Positions 24,253 to 37,530 of a stretch of 64,000 bases of DNA are shown here, one piece after another (positions within the stretch are counted from its first letter, which is position 1; each line of letters starts with the position of its first letter). The notes beneath the pieces were generated by a model. It was not told the DNA's origin. It saw only the letters and a program-made list of their open reading frames with translations, and did not search any database. Source of the stretch: Malacoraja senta (taxonomy: Eukaryota); contig CM075983.1 in NCBI GenBank assembly GCA_038087875.1, positions 46,562,001-46,626,000 of the forward strand, given 5' to 3'. The position numbers and the translations under genes were made by a program.

Positions 24253-25009
24253 TCATTTGCACTTCTTTTGCACATCAGATATTGCTCTCCAAACTTGCAC
24301 TGTTCTGCTGCTTTGCACTCATCATTGTATTTATCATCACTGTATGTACACTGTTTACTCTGCGAGCTTCATGTGAATAAGGAATTTCACTGCACCATGG
24401 AGTAAATGACTGTAAAGAAATCCAAATCCACACAGCGTGGTACAAGACTAATGCCCTTTATCGTTTGGTCTATAGCATTGCCACCCCCATGCTAGTTGAA
24501 GTGACTGACCCTACGGTTCAACTTATCATAATCATTTTCCATTGCAACGTCAGTCACAAAGATGAGCTGACAATGTTTCAAGAGCATTGGCTATTTCACA
24601 GAATTTATCATTATTTTTTACCTTGTCAAAAAGCAGTGACCCTGCTGACAATTCTTCCCATTTACTGTTTTATAGATAAAGATTCCAGCCAAATTAAAGC
24701 ATTTATTAAATGTCCTTTATCCCCCAAATGCTATCGTGTATATGTTGAGTGTTTCAGTGAAGTGAAACTCTGACATTGTTTCGATCGGAAACTGATGGAT
24801 TAAGAGTTCACTTGTCAATGTTGGAGTTTAATTGTCCTGGGTTGCAGGGGCGACACAGTGGCGCAGCGGTAGAGTTGCTGCCTTCCAGAGCCAGTGACCC
24901 GAGTTCGAACCTGAGTACAGGTGCTGTCTGTATGGAGTTTGTACGTTCTCCCTGTGACCACATGGGTTATCCCCGGGTGCTCCGGTTTCCTCTGGATTTT
25001 CCTCATACA

Positions 25010-25250
25010 ATCCCTCTCTAAAACCACCCGGGCACGGATGTAACCCCGGAAAAGGGGCAGGCAGCTGGCTCGGGCAGAGCCCCCTTCCGCCTGGCGCCGT
25101 GACTCACGGATGGCCAGCTTGGCCAGGCCCAGGAGCAACCCAACCAGGACATCTTCGGCCCTACCCTCTCCCCTACACAAAGATGAGGATGGTGGGTGAG
25201 AAATGCAACCAAAAGGCAAGGAGCAGCCCCTTTAGATGTTGGAACAGGGG
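25010..25250 (-). mobile_element. Tx1-type LINE fragment
   Basis: EDVLVGLLLGLAKLAIRESRR...CLPLFRGYIRARVVLER. Confidence 0.6.
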
Positions 25251-25452
25251 CTGCAACCTCACACACTCAACGTGGTGCACAGACTCTTCCAGCCCGCAAA
25301 AGTGGCAGGCTGGTAACCAGCTTGGAGGGGATGAAGGTATTGAAAGCCGAGATGTAGTCTATAAACAACATCTTTGTTTATATTGTTCAAGTGGTTCAGT
25401 ACGGAGCGGAGAGCCAGTGAGATCGCATCCTCCGTTGACCTGTTGTGACAAT

Positions 25453-26593
25453 ACACTTCTTCCCACCCTGCTTCCTGTAAGGACTCCATCCCCTACTCCC
25501 AATTCCTCCGTCTACGCCGCATCTGCTCCCAGGATGAGGTGTTCCACCCCAGGGCATCTGAAATGTCCTCATTCTTCAGGGAACGGGGGTTCCCCTCCCC
25601 TACCATAGATGAGGCTCGCACCACGGTCTCTTCAATACCCCGTAACACTGCTCTCTCACCCCATCCCCCCACTCGCAACAAGGGCAGAGTCCCCCTAGTC
25701 CTCACCTTTCACCCCACTAGCCATCACATACAACAACTAGTCCTCTGTCAGTTTCGCCTCCTCCAACGTGACCCCACCACTCGCCACATGATCTCCGGTG
25801 GAGCTGCATACTAAATCTCGACAATAAAAGATATTATTATTATTATTATTACATCTCCCCCCCCCCCCCCCGTCTGCCTTCCACAAAGACCGCTCCCTCC
25901 GTAACTCCCTTGTCAATTCTTCCCTTCCCTCCCGTACCACCCCCTCCCCGGGCACTTTCCCTTGCAACTGCAAGAGATGCTACACTTGTCGCTTTACCTC
26001 CCCCCTCGACTCCATTCAAGGACCCAAGCAGTCGTTCCAGGTGCGACAGAGGTTCACCTGCATCTCCTCCAACCTCATCTATTGCATCCGCTGCTCTAGA
26101 TGTCAGCTGATCTGCAACAGTGAGACCAAGCGTAGGCTTGGCGATCGTTTCGCCGAACACCTCCGCTCGGTCCACATTAACCAACCTGACCTCCCGGTGG
26201 CTCAGCACTTCAACTCCCCTTCCATTCCGAATCCGACCTCTCTGTCCTGGGCCTTCTCCATGGCCAGAGTGAGCACCACCGGAAATTGGAGGAACAGCAC
26301 CTCATATTCCGCTTGGGGAGTCTGTATCCTGGTGGCATGAACATTGAATTCTCCCAATTCTGTTAGCCCTTGCTGTCTCCTCCCCTTCCTAGCTCTCCCT
26401 CAGCCTCGGGCTCCTCCTCCTCCTTTTTCCTTTCTTCTCCCCATCCCCCCCACCCCCCATCAGTCTGAAGAAGGGTTTCGGCCTGAAACGTTGCCTATTT
26501 CCTTCGCTCCACAGATGCTGCTGCACCCGCTGAGTTTCTCCAGCTTTTTTGTGTACCTTCGATTTTCCAGCATCTGCAGTTCCTTCTTAAACA
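25453..26593 (+). mobile_element. Penelope-like element, 5' truncated: RT C-terminus, GIY-YIG endonuclease, pLTR with hammerhead-like motif
   Basis: SHPASCKDSIPYSQFLRLRRICS, RVPLVLTFHP, FTCISSNLIYCIRCSRCQL...ETKRRLGDRFAEHLRS...VAQHFN, then ctgaagaagggtttcggcctgaaacgttg (26465-26493) and the pLTR tail. Confidence 0.92.
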
Positions 26594-26999
26594 CTCCTAC
26601 CTTTGGTCACCCAACACTCCCATCTTCACAAACAATTGGGAATCGAATTGGGAATCGAACTTCATTATCCAACGGCTCGGTCACCGATAACTGAAATCCG
26701 TTATATAGAGGCCCGTAATAGTGAATGTTAACTGTACTATAAACAGTACACTAGCCGCACTCAGAGAAAGTGAAAATATAACCTTCCTTGGAATACCTCT
26801 GGCTGTGTCCCAGAGATGAACTGCCAACTCCAGACTGGATCTGGAGTGTCGGTAATGACAATATCTGGCTTGCAGCTTGTTGATTTATCTCCAAACAGTA
26901 ACACCTCCCACATCGCTATGTTGTGCTTCATTGCAAATTGTGATGCTCGTGAAATCGCGCAACGTAGCCTCTTAATTGAAGCAAGTGGCAGAGTGGCAC

Positions 27000-27300
27000 A
27001 AGGTGGCATGGTGGTGCAGCGGTAGAGTTGTTGCCTTATAGAGACCCGGGTTCTATCCTGACTATGGGTGCTGTCTGTAAGTAGTTTGTACGTTCTCTCG
27101 ATGACCGCTTGGGCTTTCTCCGGGTGCTCCGATTTCCTCCCACACTCCAAAAACGTACAGGTTTGTAGGTTAATTGACTTCATTAAAATTGCAAATTGTC
27201 CCTGGTGTGTAGGATAGTGTTAGTGTGATCATTGGTCGGCACGGACTTGTTGGGCCGAAGGACCTGTTTCCACGCTGTATCTCTAAACTAAAGTAAACTA
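27000..27300 (+). mobile_element. HE1-like V-SINE
   Basis: Head, V-domain and CR1-type tail present. Confidence 0.85.
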
Positions 27301-28189
27301 GCATCTCAGCAATTAATAAGTTATACACCCACAATAAACATTGTTTTTATTGGGGATTAAAATTAATGTTATAGTTCAAGTTTACCAAAAGGTTTCAAGA
27401 AATACACAGTAGAATTCATTCTCTGGCACAAGGCAGAATTATTTTGCGGCATCTTTTGTTCAAAACCTAATCAGGTCTCAAAACAAATAAAGCACTAATG
27501 ACAACAAGCCTATGCTTGCTGGAGTAATAGACTAATTCACAAGGGAGAACATAGCTTTTGGTATAACAGTGTTACATAGATCAGAAGTTAGACATTTATG
27601 GACAGCTAACACATTTACAAGCAGAGTTATATTTACAGTCTTTAACAATGCAGCCATTAAACACACACAGGCATAGAGCTGCACCGACAAATATATAAAA
27701 TGAGAGTTTGATTAACAAAGTTACTCACCCTGACAGCGATGAGGGGCCAGTTTTTGTGCGAGAGTTTCTCACAGAAGAAAGCATTCAGAGTAAATTTGCA
27801 TTATTACTGGTGTAGTCAGTTATGTAATTATCACAATTTCACTATTAGTGCGGAAAATGAACATACCAAGTGGTTTCCACCTTCGGTAATTTCGTTTCCC
27901 ATCTGTCGGAGAAACGAACCACAATTGTGGTTACGCTGTTGTCAAGAGGAAATAATTATTTTAATTTTAAACCGTTAAGAAGACATGGGCTGCAGTTCCA
28001 TAGTGGAGGTTCAAGGGCCTCAGAGAAGCAGGGGGAGATAATACCACTAAGCATGGTGTAAATTGGCTCCATTTCAGTGGAAGAGTATTTGCTCACAGCA
28101 GGGAGCAACAATTTATCAACACAGAAAATAGACACAAAATGCTGGAGTAACTCAGCGGGTCGGGACCCTTCTTCTGACTGCAACTTGAA

Positions 28190-28635
28190 TGTAATAAAAG
28201 GGATCTGCAGATGTTGGTTTATACCAACGATAGATACAACGTGCTGGAATAACTCAGCGGGTCAGGCAGCATCTCTGGAGAACATGGATAGGTGACGTTT
28301 CGGGTTGGGACCCTTCTTCAGACTGAAAGTAAGGGGGGTGGGGGTGTGGAATGGTGAGAAGAGCTGGAGGTGAAAAAAGGCCAGGACTAATCAGGATCAG
28401 CAGCAAATGACGTCAAGACCTGGTAAACCCATTGTTGGCTACAGAGAGTGTGATCTCAAGTGGGATACAATGTGGTGAACCGTGGAAGTGGTTCAACGAC
28501 TATGGTGGAGGATTTAAAATTAGTTATTTCAAGTTAGAAAATTCAACGTTCATGCCGCTGGGTTAAGCTACCCAAGCCAAATATTAAGTGCTGTTCTGCC
28601 AATCTGCATGTGGCCTCGCTCTGGCAACAGAGGAG
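28190..28635 (-). mobile_element. Penelope 3' fragment with intact hammerhead-like core on the minus strand
   Basis: Reverse complement of 28291-28325 is cagtCTGAAGAagggtcccaacccGAAAcgtcacc. Endonuclease C-terminal remnant at about 28570-28635. Confidence 0.75.
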
Positions 28636-28913
28636 GGTTTGCAAGATATTCTGTTGCACTGTGTTTGGGCAACTGTGTAAGCATTTCACATAGTTTTTGT
28701 CTGCTCTCTAATTGGCAAGTAAATGAACAGCCATTTACAGTTACTCTTGTAACTACACATAGATTCCCAATGGAACGCCGCCTGAATGAGATTAGTTCAC
28801 TGAGGTTAATTTGAACCAGTGTCTGAGCTTTACCCCCCCCACTTGACAAGCACTGAGATATGAATTTGTAATTTTTCTCTGCTCAGTTCAAAGATTGCAG
28901 CAATTAATGTTAG

Positions 28914-29550
28914 GTAGACAAAAATGCTGGAGAAACTCAGCGGGTGAGGCAGCATCTATGGAGCGAAGGAATAGGTGACTTTTCAGGTCGAGACCCTTCT
29001 TCAGACTGATGTCGGGGGGGGGGGGGTGCGGGAAAAAGAAAGGAAGAGGCGGAGACAGTAGGCTGTGGGAGAGCTGGGAAGGGGAGGGGAAGGAGGGAGA
29101 AAGCAAGGACTACCTGAAGTTGGAGAAGTCAATGTTCATACCGCCGGGGTGTAAATTACCCAAGCAAAATATGAGGTGCTGCTCCTCCAATTTGCGGTGG
29201 GACTCACTCTGGCCATGGAGGAGGCCCAGGACAGAAAGGTCGGATTTGGAATGGGAGGGGGAGTTGAAGTGCTGAGCCACCGGGAGATCAGGTTGGTTAT
29301 TGCGAACTGAGCTCACCGATCTCAGGTAGTCCTTGCTTTCTCCCTCCTTCCCCTCTCCTTCCCAGCTCTCCCACAGCCTACTGTCTCCTCCTCTTCCTTT
29401 CTTTTTTCTGCCCCCCCCCCCTGACATCAGTCTGAAGAAGGGTCTTGACCTGAAACATTGCCTATTCCTTCGCTCCATAGATGCTGCCTCACCCGGTGAG
29501 TTTCTCCAGCATTTTTGTCTACCTTCGATTTTTCCTGCAGTTCTTTCTTA
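28914..29550. mobile_element. Young Penelope fold-back insertion (two ~200-bp inverted arms, hammerhead-like core on each strand)
   Basis: Perfect 15-bp TSD agcaattaatgttag (28899-28913, 29551-29565). Arms at about 28914-29117 and 29322-29522. The spacer encodes PDLPVAQHFNSPSHS...LEEQHLIF on the minus strand. Confidence 0.9.
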
Positions 29551-29624
29551 AGCAATTAATGTTAGCTCTGTTTCACTCTATTAAAATGATGCCTGGCCTG
29601 CTGGGTGTTATTTTGAGAATTAAA

Positions 29625-29930
29625 GGGTGGTACAATGGTGCAGCGGTAGACTTGCTTCCTTACAGTGCCAGACATGGGGGTCAATCTTGACTATGGGTGC
29701 TGTCAGTACGGGGTTTGTGCGTTCTCCCCGTGACCGCATGGGTTTTCACCGGGTGCTTTGGTTTCCTTCCACACTCCAAAGATGTACATGTTTGTAGATT
29801 AATTGGCTTCAGTGAAATTACAATTTGTCCCTAGTGTGTAGGATAGTGCTAGCGTACGGGGTGATCGTTGGTCGGCATGGATTCGGTGGGCCAAAGGGCC
29901 TCTTTTTTGCACTGTAAGTCTAAAGTCTAA
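29625..29930 (+). mobile_element. HE1-like V-SINE
   Basis: Head, V-domain and tail (taaagtc)n. Confidence 0.85.
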
Positions 29931-30519
29931 AATAAGAGGTTGTAGAAAGTTGAGGACATTGGCCAGATATCAACCTCCCCACACTTGAAGGGATCTACAG
30001 GAGGCACAGCCTCAAAAAGGCAGCTAATATCATCAGACCCACATCACCTTTGCCACGCTCTCATCCTGCTGCTACCATCAGGAAGATGGTTCAGGAACTT
30101 GAGAACCATGACCTCCAGGTTCAAGAACAACTTGTTCCTAGGTTCTTGAACCATCCTGCACAACCCTAACCACAACCCAACCTTGGTACCAAACTGCTGT
30201 GGACTTCACACTAAGGTTGCTTTACATACTTTGGCTTGCACTATTGCAGTCTGGGTTACCTAGAATAACTGAAAATTTACAGTGCATTTATTTGTTGTGT
30301 TGTTTACATAAATGTACTTGTACAGCTGCAGCAAGGAAGAAATTCATTCTTCCAGTTCCAGTTCATACAACAATTAAACACTCTTGACTTTTAATACTCT
30401 TTCCAACGTTTTCTGTTTTTATACCCTGATCCATAGGTCCCTGATTTATTTCTCTTTTTTTCTTAGAGAGTGAGTTTACACATGTACCCTTTAATTTACA
30501 GGAATGAATCAAGAATCCA

Positions 30520-31015
30520 TAGAATTGTGTTCAGTTCTGGACACCATGTTATAACAAGATATATTGTCAAGCTTGAAAGGGTTCAGAGAAGATTTACGAG
30601 GATGTTGCCAGGACTAGAGGGTGTGGGCTATAGGGAGAGGTTGAGTAGGCTGGGTCTCTATTCCTTGGAGTGCAGGAGGATGAGTTTTGATCTTATAGAG
30701 GTGTATAAAACCATGAGAGGAATAGATCGGGTAGATGCATTGGATCTCTTGCCCCAAGTCGGGAAATCGAGGACCAGAGGAAATAGGTTCAAGCTGAAGG
30801 GGAAAAGGAATCTGAGGGGTAGCTTTTTCACACAAAGGGTGGTGGTGTCTGGAACAAGCTGCCAGAGGAGGTAGTTGAGGCTGGGACTATCCCAACGTTT
30901 AAGAAACAGTTAGACAGGTACATGGATAGGACAAGTTTGGAGGGATATGGACCAAACGCAGGCAGGTGACACTAGTGTAGCTGGGACATGTTGGCCGGTG
31001 TGGGAAAGTTGGGCC
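30520..31015 (+). mobile_element. CR1/HER1-like LINE 3' fragment
   Basis: KLERVQRRFTRMLPGLEG..YRERLSRLGLYSLE.RR...DLIEVYK.MRG. Confidence 0.92.
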
Positions 31016-31629
31016 GGATTTGCTGAAGATAGGTGGGTTAGTCGGTGTAAGGAAACTCAGACTCAGAAAGTGAATGAGGAAGAAATTGGCAGAAGAAATA
31101 CTGATGGATGAATCTGCCCTAAACACCCGAATCCATTGAATATGTTCAAAATAGAGATCCACAGACAAATGAATTGCAGTGAAGTCGAGGCACAAGGAAG
31201 GAAATGAAAAGTGGTGTCAAAGTCAAGTTTGGGTCATTCGTGATCTTACTCATTGGTGGAGTGGTCTCAGGAGTCCCATTGGCCTATTTCTGTCTTACAT
31301 GAAGAGGGGCAGACAATCTATTCTATCAATGCAGGTTGAGGGATAAATGTTGACCGGAATGCGTGGGGCTTCACCATTCTGGCTGGAATGCCTGGGTTTT
31401 ATAAGGAGTAGGCTGACAATGTTCAAGTGGCCAACCAATATCAGCTAATTGGACCCAGCCATTACCACTGATGCTGGGGATTGGCCTCTCCGGACCTGTC
31501 AGCCAGTGATGGGGATCAGAGCGGCATCCGAGGGAGGGGACGATGTCACAGTATGTACATGTGGCAATAAATTACCTGTGATATGCTCCATGTGGAAGCC
31601 TTGGTGTATATATTAAACAGAAGACCATC

Positions 31630-32190
31630 CCAAAAAAGGCACAGAGTGCTGGAGTAACTCAACGGGTCAGGCAGCATCTCGAGAAAGTGGATAGGTGACG
31701 TTTCGGGTCGGGATCCTCTTTCAAACCCTTTTTCAAACGTGTCTGAAAAGGAGTCCCAAACTGAAATATCACCAATCCATGTTCTCCAGATATGCTGCCT
31801 AACCCGCTGAGTTAGTCCAGTTAGTGTGTCTTTTTTTTGCATACCAGTATCCGCAGTTCCTTGCTTCTACAAAAAGCGATCCTAATTAGTTTGATAACAT
31901 TTAACATAATAATTAAGGAGGTTTAACTCAGAACTTCTTACAAATCACCTTTTACTGGTTGATAGACCCAAAGTGCTGAAGTAACTCAGCAGATGTGGCA
32001 GCATCTCTAGAGAACATGGATAGGTGATGTTTCAGGTTGGAACCCTTCTACAGACCCTTCTGAAGAAGAGTCGCGACTCAAAATGTCAGCTATCCATGTT
32101 CTCCAGAGATGCTGCCTGACCCGCTGAGTTACCCAACCATTCCGTGTCTATCTTTGGTATGAACTAACATCTGCAGTTCCTATTTATTAC
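31630..32190. mobile_element. Two palindromic pLTR-derived elements (about 31630-31870 and 31960-32190)
   Basis: Inverted arms with decayed hammerhead-like cores. The second is flanked by acc(t/a)tttactggt direct repeats. Confidence 0.75.
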
Positions 32191-33749
32191 CATTTACTGG
32201 TATTATACTGGATCATATAAGGACCTCTTTTCATGTTAAAATCATGCTTCAAGTGTTTAGTTTCCAGTTGCCCCAAAATGTTCTTCTGTATCTCCAAATT
32301 AAGTTGCAAGATGCCTGATGTGCAGGTGGTTAAATCAACATCAGCATCAGGAGTTCATCTAGCTTATGCCATGTCAAAATTAGAACACGCCAAATGCCTT
32401 TTGGTGGGGCCACATCTGGAGAGCATAAAATAAGGGTCAAAAGGTTGGGATTAATATGTTTGTACCGTTAGAGGATTTGTCAGAGGGAAACTGGGTTGGA
32501 AAAAGTGCTTTGGAATGGCAGACGGTTAATGGTGGGTTGCCACAAAGATTAATACTGAGGCCCTCACCATTACAATCTATGGCCTAGATAAGAAGCCTGT
32601 GAGTATTGCAATCGAGCTTGGTATTGATGGAATGAAAATGGAAGGAAAGGTAAGCTGTGAGGATGTTGCAAACAGTCTGTAAAAGAATATACTCAGTGGG
32701 AAGTAACGTAGCAAATGGAGTTCAAAGCCTGAAAATAAAAAACGATCCATTTTGACAAGAATGGAAACAATTTACATTTATTTAGTGGTAAGTTAGAGAG
32801 AACTTGTCCTCATTTGTTTAGTGCATGACTCCGTAGTGTAGGAAGTGATGGAAAGCTAGAATTCTAACCAAGTGCATCTTAGTGAATTGAGGTGTGACAA
32901 TGGTACCTTATTTGACATGTACCAAGGTACATTGAGATTCATTGTTGTATATCGTTCAGTACAGGTATCACTATATATATGCAGTTAGATGCATCTTAGA
33001 TAAGCATCTCAGATACAGTATGTGTACAGCAGTAGTACACTGAGACCATTATACAGTCACGCCAGCTTCTTGTTTTCACCCAACAAACAGCTAACAATGG
33101 CCTGTTTCCTTTATCATCATTACTTTTTTACATATCCTTCATTCATTGTTCTTTATCTCTCCACATCATTGTCTATATTTCTCATTTCCCATTTCCCTAA
33201 CTAGCCTGAAGTAGTTTCTCAACCTGAAACGTCACCCATTCCTTCTCTCCAGAGATAATGCCTGTCCCGCTGAGTTACTCCAGTTTTTTGTGTCTATCTT
33301 CGGTTTAAACCAGCATCTGCAGCTCCTTCCTACGCAGTATAGAGTCGCCAGTTTGGCGCCATTTTCAAGTCCCAGTTTTGTATGTGCGGGGTTCTTGACC
33401 TGACCATGAAGGCCTGTTGTCCTGCCGGCATTGCAGGGTTGGCCTGGCCAAGCCTGGCCAGGCTGTGATCATCTCTACAAAATTGCAATTAAAATTTTTT
33501 AATTTGGCTGCTGATTTATGCATTAATGGATTCTACATGATCAAGTTCACTAGGTTTCAGAATAATTAATAAATATCCAAATTGTAAAGATGAAATAAAA
33601 TATGGAAATGCTCTTTGAACCTGAGGACATAAGAACATGAAAACATAGGGACAGAGGAAGTCTATGTAGTCTTCTGATCAATAAGGATCTCAGATTATCT
33701 TCCAACTCCACTTTCTCCCCACCAGCATAATCAAGGATGAGTCTCACTC

Positions 33750-34060
33750 CAATCACCCCCTCTTCTCCCCTCTCCCATCAGACAAGAGGTACAGAAGTGT
33801 GAAAGCATACTCTAGATTCGGGGACAGTTTCTGCCCTGTTATCTAGCAAATGAACCATGCTATCACCAACGGACCATCTTTAATCTGACTTTACTGGACT
33901 TTATCTTGCACTAAACATTATTCCCTTAATCATGTATCTGTACACTGTGGATGGTTTAATTGTTAGCATGTATTGTCTTTCCGCTGACTGGTTAGCATGC
34001 AACATTAGCTTTTCACTGTACCTCGGTATATGTGACAATAAACTAAACTAAACTAAACTA
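33750..34060 (+). mobile_element. Rex1/Babar LINE 3' end with tail ttttcactgtacctcggtatatgtgacaataaa(ctaaa)n
   Basis: The LFSPLPS.KRYRS remnant is joined to the tail. A second copy of the tail region lies at about 34495-34782. Confidence 0.7.
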
Positions 34061-34824
34061 TTCCTTTAGTCTTCCCTAAGACGTGGGATTGTAGGTTGAT
34101 TCGCCTCCATAAATAGCCCCTAGTGTGTAGGGAGTAGATGCCAGTGGAATAACATAGAAAAGGTGTGAACGGGTGATTGGATGGCCTGGATTCAGTGGGC
34201 TTTAATGCCAGTTTCCATGCAGTTTCCAATCAAACAAAAATCCATCATTTCATATGATGATAAGATCATAAATGATAGGAGCAGAATTAGGTCATTCAGC
34301 CCCTCGTCTTCTACTCCACCATTCAATCATAGCTGATCTATCTCTCCCTCCTAACCCCATTCTCCTGCCTTCTCCCCATAACCTCAGACATCCTAGAGAA
34401 TGCTCAATGACTCAGCAAGTACAATCCTCTGGGATGGAAACATCCAAAACCTCTCAACACTTTGCATCAATAAATTTCTCCTCCTCTCCTAAATTCTTCC
34501 CAGCTGTTATCAGGCAACTGATCCATCTTATCAACAACTAGAGAGAGTTCCTGAGCTGCTATCTACCTCATGGGAAATCCTTGGACTGTTTTTATTCGGA
34601 CTTTACTGGACCTTATCTTGCACTAAATGTTATTCCCTTTATCATGTATCTGTATACTGCGGATGGCTTGATTATAATCATGTATAGTCTTTCCACTGAC
34701 TGGTTAGCACACAACGGAAGCTTTTCACTGTACCTCAGCACATGTGACAATAAACCAAACTAAACTAAACTAAACTAAACTGAATGGTTGACCAATATTC
34801 CATGGTCTGTGCCTCCCAGTTCTA

Positions 34825-37530
34825 GAGTTTAGTTTGTTTAGAGATACAGCATGAAACCGGCCCTTCGGCCCACTGAGTCCACACTGACCATTGATCACTC
34901 ATTCACACTAGTTCTATGTTATCCCACTGCCTACACACTAGGGACAATTTACAGAGGCCAATTAACCTACAAACCCGTGTGTCTTTGGGATGTGAGAGGA
35001 AACTGGAGAATCCTTAGGAAACCCATGCGAACACATGAAGAACTTACAAACTCCGCACTGACAGCACCCCAGGTCAGGATCGAACTGGGGGTCTCTGGCT
35101 CCGTGACGCAGCAGCTCTAAAGAAAGTATCTCAGACCATCACTTCATTACATAGGTTAGAAAGAACATGAGAAGATGCCTTGTCTCAGTTCGTCCCAAAT
35201 AGCTGTTTAACAGAGGACTCTCAGATCTACAGGTTACGTCCAGGACTGGGACAGATATCAAGTGCTGCTGGAAGATCAGTCTCTCAGCACTGCGGAATGT
35301 CTGCAAGGGATTGTTGCTGACTGGCCCATTCCAGGCTGCAAGAGTATGTGCTGAGGGACGCAATGAAGCTCGGTGCAGCCAACACCAAAACTTTGTGGAG
35401 AGGACTGCAGCCAGTAGGCATTGAGCGGCCAAAGCTGGTGTTGAAACCTCCCAAACTGTTTGGATCAGTGCAGAGACCTCATGAATGGCAGTGGTTTGCA
35501 CACACAAATTGTGCTAACACTGTCAATGTAGAGAACTGATAATGCTGTGAATGTGGTGATAGCCATGCGTTGCGTTATTTGGCCTAGTGTTGATTGTTAT
35601 GAACAAAGTTTGTTTTGGAAATAAAAAAAGGTATGCATATCCAACTCGATCTCATCCCAGAGGACACCCACTGCATGCAAGGAATCTTTATTTTGTGACT
35701 CCAAGGCAAAATGGCATACAATGTTCTTGGAGTGAGCATAAAGACAAAATGCTGGAGGAACTCAGCGGGTCTGGCAGCATGCGTATGGGCAGAAGAAAAT
35801 GTTTTTCCTCATCTCAGTCCTAAATGGCCTACCCTTTATTCTACAGATGGATGCAATAAAAGACTCCCATTTTTCTTGTTACAGGTGGATTTTACACCTT
35901 TGAAACAATTCACCATTGAACAATGTCTATGTAGCCTTTCGTCTTTACGTTCCCTTTACTGTGTTGCCAACCTTTCCCATCGTGCTTTTCCCAAAGGTTT
36001 AGTTTTAGTTTAGACGTGGAAACAGACCCTTCTGCTCATCGAGTCCACTCCGATCATCGATCACCCATTCACACCACTTTTATGCTATCCCACCTTTTTA
36101 TCCTACACACTACAGGAAATTTACAGAAATTGCCAATTAACCTACAAACATGCATGTTTTTGGAACATGGGAGGAAACTGGAGCACCAGGAGAAAACACG
36201 TGTGGTCACTGGGAGAACGTACAAACTCTGTACAGTATGCACCCATGGTCAGGATCGAACCCAGGTCTCTAGCGTGTTGAGGCATTTAGAGATAGAGCAT
36301 GGAAACAGGGGCTTCGGCCCACTGTTTCCGCACCCGTACAACTAGTACACTTGTTCTATCCCACACACTGGGGGCTATTTACAGAAATTGACAATTGACC
36401 TACAAACTTGCATGTCTTTGGAATGTGGGAGGAAAATGGAGCACCCAGAGAAAACCCACGCAGTCACAGGGAGAACGTACAAACTCTGCACAGACAGCAC
36501 CCGTAGTTAGAATCAAACCCGGGTCTCTGGTGCTGTGAGGCAGCAACTCTACCGCTGCGCCACTGCGCCACCCCGAAAAGCTCTTGGGTTAAACATATTA
36601 CAACCTACTCATCTTTCTTATAATTTAAAGAATTTCCTACATCACTTATCAACTTACTTCCCACGTTTCATGATCTGGCGTAGCAAGATTCCTCTGTTCA
36701 TAGGTTATCGGCATGTTACTGAGGGAGGAATTTAGAATTTCAGAACTATCAGGCAAATCGTAACAACCAATTGCTGCACAATGACACCTTCAAGAACCCT
36801 TCCTTGAAGTGGGTCACCAATTTGCAAGACCTGGATTTTTGCATTTATATTTTGCCATCAGCATTAACAGTATGCAAACAAAAGTGAGTCTTTCACCACC
36901 CACCACGCCTATTCCCACCCACTCACAGAATCTAGATGAAAATAAGAATATGAATCACATAAATCCATTATGCTCAATCTGATGAATTGCAGTGTACAAT
37001 GATAGCACAATAAGAGTTTCTCTCGGGCGGAAATAGTTTCCTAAACCTATAATTGCTTAACAATTAATAACATAGAAATGTATTGCAAATTAGAATGAAT
37101 GTAGAATTAGCGGCGGCACGGTGGTGCAGCGGTAGAGTTACTGCCTCACAGCCCCGGAGACCCGTGTTTGATCCTGATTACGAGCGCTCTCTGTGCGGAG
37201 TATGTACGTTCTCCCTGTGACAGCATGGGTTTTCTCCGGGTGCTCCGGTTTCCTCCCAGACTCCAAAGACATGCAGGTTTGTAGGTTAATTGGCTTTGCT
37301 AAAAATTGTAAACTGTCCCCAGTGTGTCGGATATCCGTGTTAGTGTACGGGGGTTGCTGGTTTCCTCCCACATTCCAGAGAGGTGCAGGTTTGTAGGTTA
37401 ATCGGCTCTGTAAATTGTCCCTAGTGTGTAGGATTGGGACAACATAGCACTAGTGTGAACGGGATGATCAATGTTCTGCGTGGACTCAGTGGGGCGAAGG
37501 GCCTGTTTCCACACTATATCTCTAAAAGTA
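34825..37530. mobile_element. Several HE1-like V-SINEs (about 34825-35118 -, 35996-36283 -, 36286-36572 -, 37110-37530 + with internal duplication)
   Basis: Repeated head, V-domain and tail motifs. Confidence 0.85.

Noticed and set aside
26690-26736. Possible Tigger/pogo TIR end (...gttaactgTA)
   Set aside because: I could not find a matching opposite terminus.
37110-37185. tRNA-like A/B boxes (also at many other positions)
   Set aside because: These are SINE heads continuing into the V-domain and CR1 tail, not tRNA genes.
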